Source: a virus
UHGV virus genome: UHGV-1374208
Direction: 5' to 3' (one strand)
DNA: 35,810 bases
Of the stretch, positions 1 through 8,656 are shown in pieces. The notes under the pieces were generated by a model that made no database searches, had not been told where the DNA came from, and worked only from the letters and a program-made list of their open reading frames with translations. Position numbers and translations under genes: made by a program. The number at the start of each line of letters is the position of its first letter. Positions within the stretch are counted from its first letter, which is position 1.

Positions 1-1
1 A

Positions 2-409
2 AAATCCCATGGACTTTGTGATGTCTCGAAGCTCATCATTACTCTGCCGGATAAACCCCTCTGTGAGCTGTTGTAACTCCTCGTTGTCCTCATAGGGGAT
101 ATATTCTGCATTAATCTGCTCGTAGATGTCTTTATTACGGACATATTCCCAATCAATAACCTTGTCATACAGCTCAAACACCTCCGGATAGGACAGGTTC
201 AGCGTGGTTTTTATCATCTTTTCGATGTCCTCAGAAGAGTACCCAATAATCTGTAGTCGGTTAATCTGCCAGTCGGCTGTGCTTGTGATTTTTCCCGCTT
301 TTTTAATCCGGCGAACAATGTCCTCGAGAATCATCTGTTCCAAATCAAGAAAATGCTTCTCGATCTGTCCGGATAGCTGCTTTTTGTAGTCTTCCCTCAA
401 TTGGTTCAC
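2..409 (-). CDS. Head morphogenesis protein (SPP1 gp7 / MuF-like), N-terminal part; continues across the window junction into 35017..35808
   Basis: The minus frame is open over 2..409 with no in-frame stop. A GTG start at 409-407 follows the portal stop and has a GGAG 4 nt upstream. The frame joins the 35808 ORF exactly: pos 1 plus 35810-35809 form the codon TAT. Its position after portal matches the SPP1 gene order. Confidence 0.6.
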   Translation of the reverse strand, partial: MNQLREDYKKQLSGQIEKHFLDLEQMILEDIVRRIKKAGKITSTADWQINRLQIIGYSSEDIEKMIKTTLNLSYPEVFELYDKVIDWEYVRNKDIYEQINAEYIPYEDNEELQQLTEGFIRQSNDELRDITKSMGF

Positions 410-1762
410 CTACTCCATTACTTCGATCTGCTCTGGCAACATCTTTTTCGCTGTGGCTTCGTCCTCGTTGTACCACTTCATGCGGTATTCCAAATGCGAC
501 ATCACTCCCATACTCACGTCCTGTCTGTCCTGCTGACGCTCTGTTTCCTCATCGGTCAGTATGGAATCGTTGAATTTGCAAGAGAACTCATATCCCGAAT
601 TAAGCATACTGTTGTAGAATGCAAGCCCTGCGGCAAAGTCCTCTAAGCAATCGTATAAGTTGTTCTGGATCGCCGTCACTCGGTTGTACTTGCGGTTCTT
701 CGATGCCTTGATCTCCGTAGCTGTCTTTGCTACTTCCTGCGCATCTGACAGGTCTCCATAAGCAAGACCTACGGAAAATTCAATCTCACGTTTGTATTCC
801 TCCAACCCACGCTTAAAGGCTTCGTCCCTCATTTCTGGGGAGTATTCTTTTAAGAGTTCTTGGTCTTTTCCAACGTCCAGATTCATTCCTCGATACAATT
901 TGTTTTTGAGTTTTGGGAGTCCAAACTTCCCGGTTGCCTTATCTTGTTTAAGTGCTCTATTATCCACATGGATAGCACGCTCACCCGATTCGTATTCCCA
1001 GTCAAGCCTTGCTCCCTGTGTATCCGCTTTCCGGATCAGTGTAACTGCAGACTCGTACACCGACACTCCGCAGGCGGAACCATCTATTTTATTTTTAATT
1101 GGATTGCGATAATATCCAAAGTCCATACGGTTCATGCCGGGATAGGTAATCGGTCCAGGTAGGATATTCTCCCATTCTTCCACCGCTTCTAGGCTGCACG
1201 GAAGACCGATATCATTCGCTGTCTGAGAGTGGAAACACTTGTTTTCTATAGTCAGATTCCCGTCAATGAAATAGTGCCGTTCAAGCCTTGTGAAATAATC
1301 AGCGTCCCCAACCTTTTTTACGGTCAGAAATGCAATATCATTTGGCTTTCCATCATCCCCAAAGCTGATCGGTATGATCTTGTCGGCTGAAATAAATTCA
1401 GCAGCCGATTCTCCCAGTGGCTTAAGAACGAATGACCCAAGCGCAAGCCCTTCCTGCAGGTTTTCATTCAGACTCACGATATTCTTCTGATAAATCTTGT
1501 TCAGACGTTCATTTGTTACACTGGTTTCCATTTCAACCAGTGCACAGTCCGCAAACTCTCGGCAGATTCCATCTTCAATCCCGAGGGAAACAATGCTGTC
1601 AGAAATCCAATCTGCATCACCATTTAACATCTGTCTCCATCTGTTGATTGCATCTATCATGTCGTTGGATAGTGCGATATCTTTGCCGATGATCTGTTTT
1701 AATGTCGTGTACCCAAACATCCTCATGATTCCTTTCCATAGTTTCTTAATTCCATCAAACAT
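410..1762 (-). CDS. Portal protein (SPP1 gp6-like)
   Basis: A 450-aa ORF lies immediately downstream of terL with an overlapping stop/start. Its size and its place between terminase and the head morphogenesis gene are typical of siphovirus portals. Confidence 0.75.
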   Translation of the reverse strand: MFDGIKKLWKGIMRMFGYTTLKQIIGKDIALSNDMIDAINRWRQMLNGDADWISDSIVSLGIEDGICREFADCALVEMETSVTNERLNKIYQKNIVSLNENLQEGLALGSFVLKPLGESAAEFISADKIIPISFGDDGKPNDIAFLTVKKVGDADYFTRLERHYFIDGNLTIENKCFHSQTANDIGLPCSLEAVEEWENILPGPITYPGMNRMDFGYYRNPIKNKIDGSACGVSVYESAVTLIRKADTQGARLDWEYESGERAIHVDNRALKQDKATGKFGLPKLKNKLYRGMNLDVGKDQELLKEYSPEMRDEAFKRGLEEYKREIEFSVGLAYGDLSDAQEVAKTATEIKASKNRKYNRVTAIQNNLYDCLEDFAAGLAFYNSMLNSGYEFSCKFNDSILTDEETERQQDRQDVSMGVMSHLEYRMKWYNEDEATAKKMLPEQIEVME

Positions 1763-3089
1763 CTTCCACCTCTTCGATTAGGTATTTCATGTCACGTTCG
1801 ATTGTGTATTCGAACGCATCCAAGCTGTCAATGTCAGTGCTGCCGTCATCCAAACGCTCATCTTTCCCGACAGCTTCTTTGTTCCAAACTGCATCCGAAA
1901 AAGCAGTTTGCAGAGATTCGCAGTCTTTTGTAATAAAAAACCGCCCAGCCCCCATGAGCTTGACGGTGCATCTGATTCTGTCGTTTATAGGTCTTTTCTT
2001 TGCTGGTTTGACAGCTATCCACGGAAATTCCTTTTCCACGGCATTGCGGATAGAATTACCAAGGACGGTTTCTGCATTGTCCCAGAATACGGACTCTACG
2101 TTACAATACTGTACATAGTCTCCACTCTTCACGCACACAGAGTAATCATCTATCACTTCTTGTACAAACTCGCAGAACAGCTTGTTCAGTCGATTACTGT
2201 CGATGTCCTCGTTTTCATCCTTAGCCATGACTCTTCTGGATTTTAAAGCAATCACGTCTCTGTAGTTGTCCGTATATCCTCTGGCAACGAATGAGTGACC
2301 AGATTGATTACCACCAAAGTCCAAGCCAATCTCGATTGATGTGATATCCTCTTTTCGGAATTGCTTATGCTCTGATTCCTGCGAGAACTCATCCACGATT
2401 TCGCACTGGAACGCTTCCGGATTGTCTGCGAACTTCTTGTAGATTGATCCGTCAGCCCTTTTCCATAACCCCAGGATGAGGCGGTCATAATAGATTGTAC
2501 CATCGTATTCCTTGCAGAGTTGCTTAACAAATTCTGGATCCAGAAATGGATTATCAAATATGGTGTACTTTTGGAGATAGATGTCCAGCTCTACATTGTC
2601 GATGAACTCTTTGAGCCAGTGTGTCGGATGTTCTGGGTTGCAAGCTCCATCAAAACAGGAGTACGTCTTATCGAGACGGGATTTCAGCATCTGGAACACC
2701 TCTTTGTTCCATTTTGCTATCTCATCTCCGTAGCAGTACTTAATGGATGCTCCCTGTATCTTCGCGACCTGACTGACCTTTTCTGCACCGAGACAATAAA
2801 CATCCTCTCCGCATACTCTTGCCACATTCCGGTTGTTAATGTTCCCGATTAGATCACTGGTATAGATCTCTCTCATCGGTTGGAGTACGTTTCGCTCTAT
2901 GGATTCTTTGGAGACACCCATGATTACATTTAAGCCAGGGAGTCCATCTCTCTCTCGGATTCTTTTCGGGACGATATAAGCGGTATCAACAAAAGACTTT
3001 CCAGAACGAACCGCTCCGGACTTGATATTCCATCTATGAGTTGCGTTTATGATGTATTCATTCTGTTTTTTGCTTAGCTGCATTGTCAT
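1755..3089 (-). CDS. terL: Terminase large subunit (PBSX-like)
   Basis: The 444-aa product has a Walker A motif KSGAVRSGKS near the N-terminus. Its length, its C-terminal nuclease-like region and its position between terS and portal fit terL. Confidence 0.85.
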   Translation of the reverse strand: MTMQLSKKQNEYIINATHRWNIKSGAVRSGKSFVDTAYIVPKRIRERDGLPGLNVIMGVSKESIERNVLQPMREIYTSDLIGNINNRNVARVCGEDVYCLGAEKVSQVAKIQGASIKYCYGDEIAKWNKEVFQMLKSRLDKTYSCFDGACNPEHPTHWLKEFIDNVELDIYLQKYTIFDNPFLDPEFVKQLCKEYDGTIYYDRLILGLWKRADGSIYKKFADNPEAFQCEIVDEFSQESEHKQFRKEDITSIEIGLDFGGNQSGHSFVARGYTDNYRDVIALKSRRVMAKDENEDIDSNRLNKLFCEFVQEVIDDYSVCVKSGDYVQYCNVESVFWDNAETVLGNSIRNAVEKEFPWIAVKPAKKRPINDRIRCTVKLMGAGRFFITKDCESLQTAFSDAVWNKEAVGKDERLDDGSTDIDSLDAFEYTIERDMKYLIEEVEDV

Positions 3090-3459
3090 GCAATCCTTTC
3101 AAGATTTCATCCAACTTTTCAATCGCTGTTCTGTCCTCGTATTCCTGCTTATCTCTCCACTTGTCTGGTTTCCGGTTCTTCAGCCAAAAGATCTGGGCTG
3201 TAATATTGCCATTTATCGCATTTTCGAACAGTGCGTTCTCCACCTGCCTATCCGCAACATCCTTGTTTCTTTTTAGGGACTCACAAATCTCACTATACTT
3301 CTTTTTCCATTCGTACAGTGTTTTCGCGGTTATTCCCATATTCTGCGCAATCTGCTCATCTGTCAGTCCGTCTCTCGCCCATCCCTCTATCTTTAGCAAG
3401 CCTTCCGGCTCTATCCATTCCTGATATTTACCTTTCGCCATCCGACTCACCTCTTTCAT
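3058..3459 (-). CDS. terS: Terminase small subunit
   Basis: The 133-aa product has an N-terminal HTH-like segment (LTDEQIAQNMGITAKTLYEW). It overlaps the terL start and has an RBS AAAGAGGTGA. Confidence 0.65.
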   Translation of the reverse strand: MKEVSRMAKGKYQEWIEPEGLLKIEGWARDGLTDEQIAQNMGITAKTLYEWKKKYSEICESLKRNKDVADRQVENALFENAINGNITAQIFWLKNRKPDKWRDKQEYEDRTAIEKLDEILKGLHDNAAKQKTE

Positions 3460-3539
3460 TATTTTTTATTCTTCTTGTTCATGTTTTGTATAGTCCATCT
3501 ATTCGCCATATCGTTGATATTTTTAGAACTTATCCACAA

Positions 3540-3612
3540 CGGGTATAGCAGGACTCGAACCTGCGACACATCGGTTAACAGCCGATTGCTCTGCCAACTG
3601 AGCTATACACCC
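3540..3612 (-). tRNA. tRNA-Asn (anticodon GTT)
   Basis: The reverse complement folds as a cloverleaf. The acceptor stem is GGGTGTA/TATACCC, the D stem GCTC/GAGC, the anticodon stem ATCGG/CCGAT with loop CTGTTAA, and the T stem GCAGG/CCTGC with TTCGAGT. No CCA is encoded. Confidence 0.85.
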
Positions 3613-3798
3613 ATAGGATGCCCTTTATCGACATCCTTTACCCTATCCGCACTCGGGTACGCTGATTACACTAAATATAGATTGCTGAATCTATTTTTGT
3701 TTGTTTTGCAGATCTGCGGATATCTGCGTTTTGTGATATCACTCCGTAGCACTTCCACGGCATTCCGGATTTTTAATATTTACCGTGATATGCTACAA

Positions 3799-3843
3799 AA
3801 CCGTGTGCAGGGATCGAACCCGCTTGTCCCAACTGACCACGGC
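3799..3843 (-). pseudogene. Truncated tRNA-like remnant (acceptor stem plus T-arm only, anticodon arm missing)
   Basis: The minus-strand sequence is GCCGTGG-TCAGTTGGGACAA-GCGGGTTCGATCCCTGC-ACACGGT. It has an intact T-arm (TTCGATC loop), a 6/7-bp acceptor stem and a D-loop-like AGTTGGG, but only 13 nt where the D and anticodon arms should be. Confidence 0.35.
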
Positions 3844-3886
3844 GTAAAAACACCGCCAGACAAGAAAGGGTAAAAGTCCGGCGGTG
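3844..3886 (-). terminator. Rho-independent terminator after the late-activator gene
   Basis: On the minus strand the sequence is CACCGCCGGAC-(15-nt loop)-GTCTGGCGGTG followed by TTTTTAC. This gives an 11-bp GC-rich stem with one G-U pair and a U-run. Confidence 0.6.
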
Positions 3887-3950
3887 TTCTGAATGTTTGG
3901 AAAGATTGTTTTAGAACAATATACAATCGTCCTAGAATAATTATAGCATA

Positions 3951-4379
3951 TTATTTTTGTGAAAAGTGTGAAAGTTTAAGATAGTCACTTATTTTTTTCG
4001 ACACGTAACTTCTGTCAATATTTACTATCTCCGCAACTTCATCCTGCTTCTTACCCTCGAGAAACGATAACTCAAATATCTCCTTAATCTCCGGATCATC
4101 AATCCCATTTATGTAGTCCTCTACTTCTTTTTGCTCTTTCAGGATCCGCAGCCTGTCCGCTTCTTTTCGCCTAATCTGCTGTCTTACATTCTCTTCTTCG
4201 TAAGGGTCATACATTTGTACAGATGTTCTCACTTCGGTGTACGGAAAATCTGCGCTGGATCCCGTTACCTTCCCCATGACAACAGTTGGTTCCCGTTCGC
4301 AGAGTTCTTGTATCTGGTTCTCAATCCGGATAAGTCTATCTTTGTTTGGTTTGTACTTTTTCAGTGTTTTCTTGTCCAC
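3951..4379 (-). CDS. Late-gene transcriptional activator, ArpU/RinA-like (sigma-70 region-4-like HTH)
   Basis: The C-terminal segment EIFELSFLEGKKQDEVAEIVNIDRSYVSKKISDYL resembles sigma region 4. A product of about 142 aa results if translation starts at GTG 4379, which has GGGAGGTGA 5 nt upstream. Its position just upstream of terS is typical of RinA/ArpU activators. Confidence 0.55.
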   Translation of the reverse strand: MDKKTLKKYKPNKDRLIRIENQIQELCEREPTVVMGKVTGSSADFPYTEVRTSVQMYDPYEEENVRQQIRRKEADRLRILKEQKEVEDYINGIDDPEIKEIFELSFLEGKKQDEVAEIVNIDRSYVSKKISDYLKLSHFSQK

Positions 4380-4380
4380 C

Positions 4381-4560
4381 TTAATCACCTCCCGGAATCG
4401 GTTCTTTGATGTTATGCTTTTCTGCAATGTATTCCAGAGTGTCCTTATTCGCCCTCTCACCGCCTTTAAAGTCGCAGGCAAAGGCTTTATGCCCCTTTTG
4501 CTTTAAAGCTGTCTCACAGGGCTTTTTCGTTGCCATAGTGTATGCTTCTATTTTCTTCAT
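4381..4560 (-). CDS. Small hypothetical protein (59 aa)
   Basis: An ATG-to-TAA ORF has its stop overlapping the GTG start of the activator gene (TAAGGTG). An AAGGAGA motif lies upstream, a little far from the ATG. It is not in the ORF track because it is under 60 aa. Confidence 0.3.
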   Translation of the reverse strand: MKKIEAYTMATKKPCETALKQKGHKAFACDFKGGERANKDTLEYIAEKHNIKEPIPGGD

Positions 4561-4596
4561 GATGTCCGCTGTCTCCTTTCTGCATCTAGCTTATTA

Positions 4597-5040
4597 TCAC
4601 CATTCACTCACCCTCACAGGAAGTATGATGCCTATTATTTCTCCGTAGCGTGTAAACACGGCATTGTAGTATTCAGAGTTTCCTGGGTGTTTAATAAGAT
4701 TTGGCGTGCATCCGTCGAACATTTTCAAATATTTATTATCAAACCAAGCGTATCCCCCTGTTGTCTCGTCTCTTATTGCTCTCAGAATGCTTTTGCCAGT
4801 TGTAAGCATTCTGTTTGACAACTTGGCCGCCCTCATTTGGCTCTGAATATTTTCTGTGGAAAAATGTTTCACCCCATCTTCTGGCAATTTCTTCTGCTTA
4901 TCTATGTCGAGCAAGAAATCTTCTTTCTTCACAAATACAATATATCTACCTTGCGTAATCATCACTTTTCCGTCTATCTCGCCCATCATATACGATCTTG
5001 TCTTCACTGCTTCTATCTGCACTTTATCTTCGATTAGCAT
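4597..5040 (-). CDS. Hypothetical protein
   Basis: A 147-aa ORF is tightly packed in the minus-strand early operon. No motif was recognised. Confidence 0.45.
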   Translation of the reverse strand: MLIEDKVQIEAVKTRSYMMGEIDGKVMITQGRYIVFVKKEDFLLDIDKQKKLPEDGVKHFSTENIQSQMRAAKLSNRMLTTGKSILRAIRDETTGGYAWFDNKYLKMFDGCTPNLIKHPGNSEYYNAVFTRYGEIIGIILPVRVSEW

Positions 5041-5077
5041 TTTCTCTTCTCCTTCCTGCGTCTCATGGTTTCCCTGT

Positions 5078-5683
5078 TCATGCCGTCACCTCAATCTCTT
5101 CTCCGGTCAGCTCTTCCAACTTCTGTCGCATTTCTTCCACTGTCATTTTCTTTGGTTCTTTGCGCTCCCAGATGAGTTCAAGGTTGCTTTTAATAAACAC
5201 ATCTTCTATGCATCCGAGTGATTCCGGAGTAATTCTATAGACTTTAACGATGTCTCCTCCTGTATAACCTGTACAACCTTCCCATTTCAAGTCATCAGTG
5301 TAACCGTCTATACGATTGCATCTGCCTTTTCTTACTGCCTTCCCAGCCAATACAAGATACATGTTTCCATTTTTTTGTTCAACTACCATCCCATCTTCCA
5401 AATCTGCCTTGGTAAATTCTTTGTCCATGTAATCACTCCATTCTAAGATTTTATAATTGTACTTTTCCGCAAAATCACGAGTCGAATATTCTCCGCCTCC
5501 GTAATAACACGTTCCTTCGTTGCGCATATAATTTGTATTTTTCAAATAACTTTTTCCGTTACACCACTTCATCCTATGTTCGTGCATCTGCTTGCAGAAG
5601 TCTTTCGCTTCTTCCTCAGTCTTACAGTGCACCGCAATCTTATTGTATTTATTTTTAAATTCTTTCCATTTAAACTTTTTCAT
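5078..5683 (-). CDS. Hypothetical protein
   Basis: A 201-aa ORF whose stop abuts the start of the 5688..5879 gene. No motif was recognised. Confidence 0.45.
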   Translation of the reverse strand: MKKFKWKEFKNKYNKIAVHCKTEEEAKDFCKQMHEHRMKWCNGKSYLKNTNYMRNEGTCYYGGGEYSTRDFAEKYNYKILEWSDYMDKEFTKADLEDGMVVEQKNGNMYLVLAGKAVRKGRCNRIDGYTDDLKWEGCTGYTGGDIVKVYRITPESLGCIEDVFIKSNLELIWERKEPKKMTVEEMRQKLEELTGEEIEVTA

Positions 5684-5687
5684 CTTC

Positions 5688-5879
5688 CTACCTCACTATC
5701 TTTCGCACAATCCAATCCAAAAACACCACAAATAGCAGTATCGGGAATCCCGCAGCCAGAAGGTAATCCGCGCCTTCTAGTTTTACATCCTCTTCGATTC
5801 CTGTCTTTAAAGTAATCACGGTTCCAAGCCCCAGGATGTAGTACAGGGCTAGGAATGCGATTGTGATTAAAATGTCCAT
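5688..5879 (-). CDS. Small membrane protein (2 predicted TM helices)
   Basis: The 63-aa product has two hydrophobic stretches, ILITIAFLALYYILGLGTVI and LLAAGFPILLFVVFLDWIV. Confidence 0.45.
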   Translation of the reverse strand: MDILITIAFLALYYILGLGTVITLKTGIEEDVKLEGADYLLAAGFPILLFVVFLDWIVRKIVR

Positions 5880-5880
5880 G

Positions 5881-6354
5881 TTATTCCTCCTTGTATGGTT
5901 CTATCTGTTCTTTCGGCATCCACGCTGTCACGACATCGTACACTGTCCCCTTATCTGTCCCAAATTCTTTTACACATTTTACACAGGTGTTTTCCGAATA
6001 TTGATCATCATAGAATCTCCATTCTCCTGTTCTGCTCAGATATCCATCATACACACCGTATTCTTCCGAATGGTATGTCTGTTCTTCTTCTGGAACCCAG
6101 TCTGAATCGTAGTCCGCAATCCATTCGGATGAGTGTACGGTAACTTTTACCATTTTCCCGACTTCCGGCAGCCTTTCACTCACTGGAATCCAGCCAGCAT
6201 TATTATCCGGAACATCGTCCATGTGGGAACGGATGATTTCCTCGATCTTTTTAGTTCCGATCGCTTTAAAGTATTTATGCGGTAATCCCACAGTAGACAC
6301 TTTAATTGATGCATTTCCTATCTCTTCCAAAATCTTCTCTAGTACGTTCATCAC
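5881..6354 (-). CDS. DUF551-like phage protein
   Basis: The motif WIPVSERLPE is characteristic of the DUF551 family found in phage early regions. Confidence 0.5.
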   Translation of the reverse strand: MMNVLEKILEEIGNASIKVSTVGLPHKYFKAIGTKKIEEIIRSHMDDVPDNNAGWIPVSERLPEVGKMVKVTVHSSEWIADYDSDWVPEEEQTYHSEEYGVYDGYLSRTGEWRFYDDQYSENTCVKCVKEFGTDKGTVYDVVTAWMPKEQIEPYKEE

Positions 6355-6414
6355 TCCACCTCCAACAGTTCAAAATATTTTTCCAAATGCTCTTCTGAAA
6401 TTTGGAATAATAAT

Positions 6415-6624
6415 TTACTTTTCCATCACTTCCTCAAACAGTTTCCTCGGGAGTATCTTGCTACAATCGATACACTGTTTCCTGCGTCCTGCATAATCTG
6501 TAACATCTTCTGTTCCTCCGATCGGTTCGCCGTCAAAATCAAACAGCAACGCCCTATGTACTCTTTCAATCTGGTAATACCCTCTGTTGGAACCACAAAA
6601 TGGACATTTCTTCAATTCTTCCAT
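6415..6624 (-). CDS. Zinc-ribbon protein, Lar-like (restriction alleviation family) candidate
   Basis: The 69-aa product has an N-terminal KKCPFCGS and a distal CIDC, a CxxC...CxxC ribbon. The CPFCG start resembles Lar-family proteins. Confidence 0.4.
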   Translation of the reverse strand: MEELKKCPFCGSNRGYYQIERVHRALLFDFDGEPIGGTEDVTDYAGRRKQCIDCSKILPRKLFEEVMEK

Positions 6625-6630
6625 GTTATG

Positions 6631-6813
6631 TTATTCCTCCTTATCCACATACTTCTCTACGACATCTACTGCACAAGTCAGCCCATAAATATAGCTTTCC
6701 AAGCACTCCGCTACACCACTTTCCCCATGTTTTCGCTTTTCTTCCTTCAAGGTTTCGTAGGCGTCATTTTTCGTGGATTCGATTTCTTCCACGATTTTCT
6801 CCGGTATATTCAT
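6631..6813 (-). CDS. Hypothetical small protein
   Basis: A likely start is ATG 6813 (MNIPEK) with GGAGAGGG upstream. The track's upstream codons MKWRGK are probably the RBS region. Confidence 0.4.
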   Translation of the reverse strand: MNIPEKIVEEIESTKNDAYETLKEEKRKHGESGVAECLESYIYGLTCAVDVVEKYVDKEE

Positions 6814-6979
6814 TTTCCCTCTCCACTTCATTATCGTATTTCATGCACTTTCCATCCTTGTACGCTACACATTTCTCTTTAATACACGGATTCAGCACTG
6901 GTCTGACAAAATCCCCATTCCCAATAAGCATTGCTTTTATCTCTTCTTTTCCCGTTAAATCAGGGCAAAATAAAATCAT
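6764..6979 (-). CDS. Cys-rich small protein
   Basis: A 71-aa ORF with RBS AAAGGGGTGG and a start directly after the methyltransferase stop. It has four Cys residues arranged C...CxxxxC...C. Its 3' end overlaps the next gene by about 50 nt. Confidence 0.4.
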   Translation of the reverse strand: MILFCPDLTGKEEIKAMLIGNGDFVRPVLNPCIKEKCVAYKDGKCMKYDNEVERENEYTGENRGRNRIHEK

Positions 6980-7609
6980 CTATTCCACCCCTTTCATATA
7001 GCATCCCCAGAATGTCTTACTCTTCTTTCCACTTCTGTGTCCAAATAATGGCTTCTGTCCAATTGCATCCCATACTTCGCTTGCCGGTATGTCATACTCG
7101 CTCCACTTAAAAATCAGTACCCCGTCTTCTTTTAGAACCCTCATACATTCAGCAAATCCATCATGTAACATTTTTCTCCAGTTTTCTCCAAGTTTTCCAT
7201 ACTTCTTGGATAGCCATGCAGTCTCTCCAACTTTCTTTAGGTGCGGCGGATCGAATACTACCAGTGAAAAGCTATCATCTCCAAACGGAAGATTCGTAAA
7301 GTCGCACTGTATGTCTGGATCTATAGAGCACAGTCTTTCAGATGCTTTCCAGATTCCTGAAAAAGATTCTCTTCTCTTGTCACAATATATCACAGACGGA
7401 TTTTCTTTATCGAACCAAATCGTCTTGGATCCACAGGTTGCATCTAATATTTTCTTTCCCTTGCAATCTTCCTCATATTCCGGACACTCCACACAATACT
7501 CATACCGGTCCATTCTTGCACACTGCTCTTTGCACACTTCGTTTTCTGGGCATTCTATGCAGCAACGATCGGATCCGCATATACTTGTTAATTTACATCT
7601 TCCCATCAT
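6980..7609 (-). CDS. DNA methyltransferase (N6-adenine or N4-cytosine class) with Cys-rich N-terminal extension
   Basis: The product has a motif-I-like LDATCGSKT and a motif-IV-like FDPPH. Its N-terminal 50 aa hold 11 Cys (CIECPENEVCKEQC...CVECPEYEEDC). A probable start at ATG 7609/7606 has AAAGGA upstream and overlaps the upstream stop. Confidence 0.65.
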   Translation of the reverse strand: MMGRCKLTSICGSDRCCIECPENEVCKEQCARMDRYEYCVECPEYEEDCKGKKILDATCGSKTIWFDKENPSVIYCDKRRESFSGIWKASERLCSIDPDIQCDFTNLPFGDDSFSLVVFDPPHLKKVGETAWLSKKYGKLGENWRKMLHDGFAECMRVLKEDGVLIFKWSEYDIPASEVWDAIGQKPLFGHRSGKKSKTFWGCYMKGVE

Positions 7610-7611
7610 GA

Positions 7612-8019
7612 TTATTCCTTTCTCAAATCTATCCTCTGTCCGCAATTCGGGCAGTGATCATATTCATCGTAATCTACTTCATACCTTGCTCCACAGTTCG
7701 GGCATAACCATTCATCCCATACAAATGTTCCGTCTGGCGCATATCCGTCCCCTTCATACGTTGGTTTCTTCGCCGTATCACGCTCTTTCAGCTCGTGCAT
7801 CTGCTCCAACAGCTTCGCACACTGGCTGTTTGTAAAATCATTCACCTTGTTATATTGGTTCAAAATATCGCGCACAAACCGTCCCATCTTACACTCTGCG
7901 CATTTATCTTCCAGTTGCTCTCCGTTTAACTGATCTGGATACTTGCACAGGTTGTCGCAGATATGCTCCATCATTTCCGTTGTGATCCCATCCATCCATG
8001 TTTCTTCTGTTTTCGCCAT
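7612..8019 (-). CDS. Zinc-finger protein (CxxxC/CxxC N-terminal, CPNCG...CPNCG C-terminal ribbon)
   Basis: The 135-aa product has two Cys clusters. Function is unknown. Confidence 0.45.
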   Translation of the reverse strand: MAKTEETWMDGITTEMMEHICDNLCKYPDQLNGEQLEDKCAECKMGRFVRDILNQYNKVNDFTNSQCAKLLEQMHELKERDTAKKPTYEGDGYAPDGTFVWDEWLCPNCGARYEVDYDEYDHCPNCGQRIDLRKE

Positions 8020-8237
8020 TAGTCATTCCTCCTACACCTCATATCTTTGCAGAAATACGATTCCGTCCCTCTCTTTGTCTTTACATACTCAAAATCTCCG
8101 ATAATTTCCCGTCCGCAGGAAGAACAGATATGTACTTCATTTTTCTTCGGATTCTCTTTCTTTTTTTCATAGCCTACTGTAAATACCTCCGCATTAATAT
8201 CCGGTTTGGATTCGATACCGCCCTGTTGAGTCGGCAA
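8019..8237 (-). CDS. Small zinc-ribbon protein
   Basis: The product has CSSCG...CKDMRC. Its 5' end overlaps the upstream gene, so the true start is uncertain. Confidence 0.35.
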   Translation of the reverse strand: MPTQQGGIESKPDINAEVFTVGYEKKKENPKKNEVHICSSCGREIIGDFEYVKTKRGTESYFCKDMRCRRND

Positions 8238-8656
8238 CTTGTCCGCACCCAGCCCTCGTGAAACTCCATGTAATTTGCGATTGTTCCAAAGATATCCTTA
8301 ACCGAAGTTTCTTGTTTCTTTGACTCAGGCAGCATATCATTGTCTTTTAAAAAGTTTTTGAACGTTTCAATACTTGCATCTATTCCGCTCTCTTCTCTTA
8401 TTGCTGCATAGATGTTCTGGATCGTAAGTCCGTATTCGATCATGCACTTAATTTCTCCCTTGTACGGTTCGTATTGTTTTCTTTTATTTTCCATTTTTCT
8501 TAACCACATCCTCTTGTTTGCTATTACCCTCTTTTTCACTTCTTTTCCAGTAATATCCTCAAGTACTCTGCAGATATGCTCATCCGTGCATCCGAGTTTT
8601 ACCATCTCTTCGATCTGGAACTTGTAGGGATCCAGAAAGTGTCCTGGTCTACTCAT
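8174..8656 (-). CDS. Hypothetical protein with two HTH-like segments
   Basis: The 160-aa ORF has its ATG overlapping the TGA of the upstream small basic ORF. Confidence 0.45.
   Translation of the reverse strand: MSRPGHFLDPYKFQIEEMVKLGCTDEHICRVLEDITGKEVKKRVIANKRMWLRKMENKRKQYEPYKGEIKCMIEYGLTIQNIYAAIREESGIDASIETFKNFLKDNDMLPESKKQETSVKDIFGTIANYMEFHEGWVRTSCRLNRAVSNPNRILMRRYLQ

Noticed and set aside
792-1162. Plus-strand ORFs within the portal gene (792..1112, 860..1162) and similar plus-strand ORFs inside terL, TMP, Tal and Dit
   Set aside because: They are shadow ORFs on the non-coding strand of long, well-supported genes. They lack RBSs and have low-complexity, Ser/Leu-rich translations.
3799-3843. 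tRNA-like remnant as the phage attachment site (attP with tRNA 3' end)
   Set aside because: That arrangement is typical of tyrosine integrases and lies adjacent to int. Here the integrase is a large serine recombinase 14 kb away with its own palindromic candidate site directly downstream.
3475-3873. 132-aa plus-strand ORF
   Set aside because: It spans the tRNA-Asn, the palindromic intergenic region and the tRNA-like remnant. It is on the opposite strand to all flanking genes and has no RBS.
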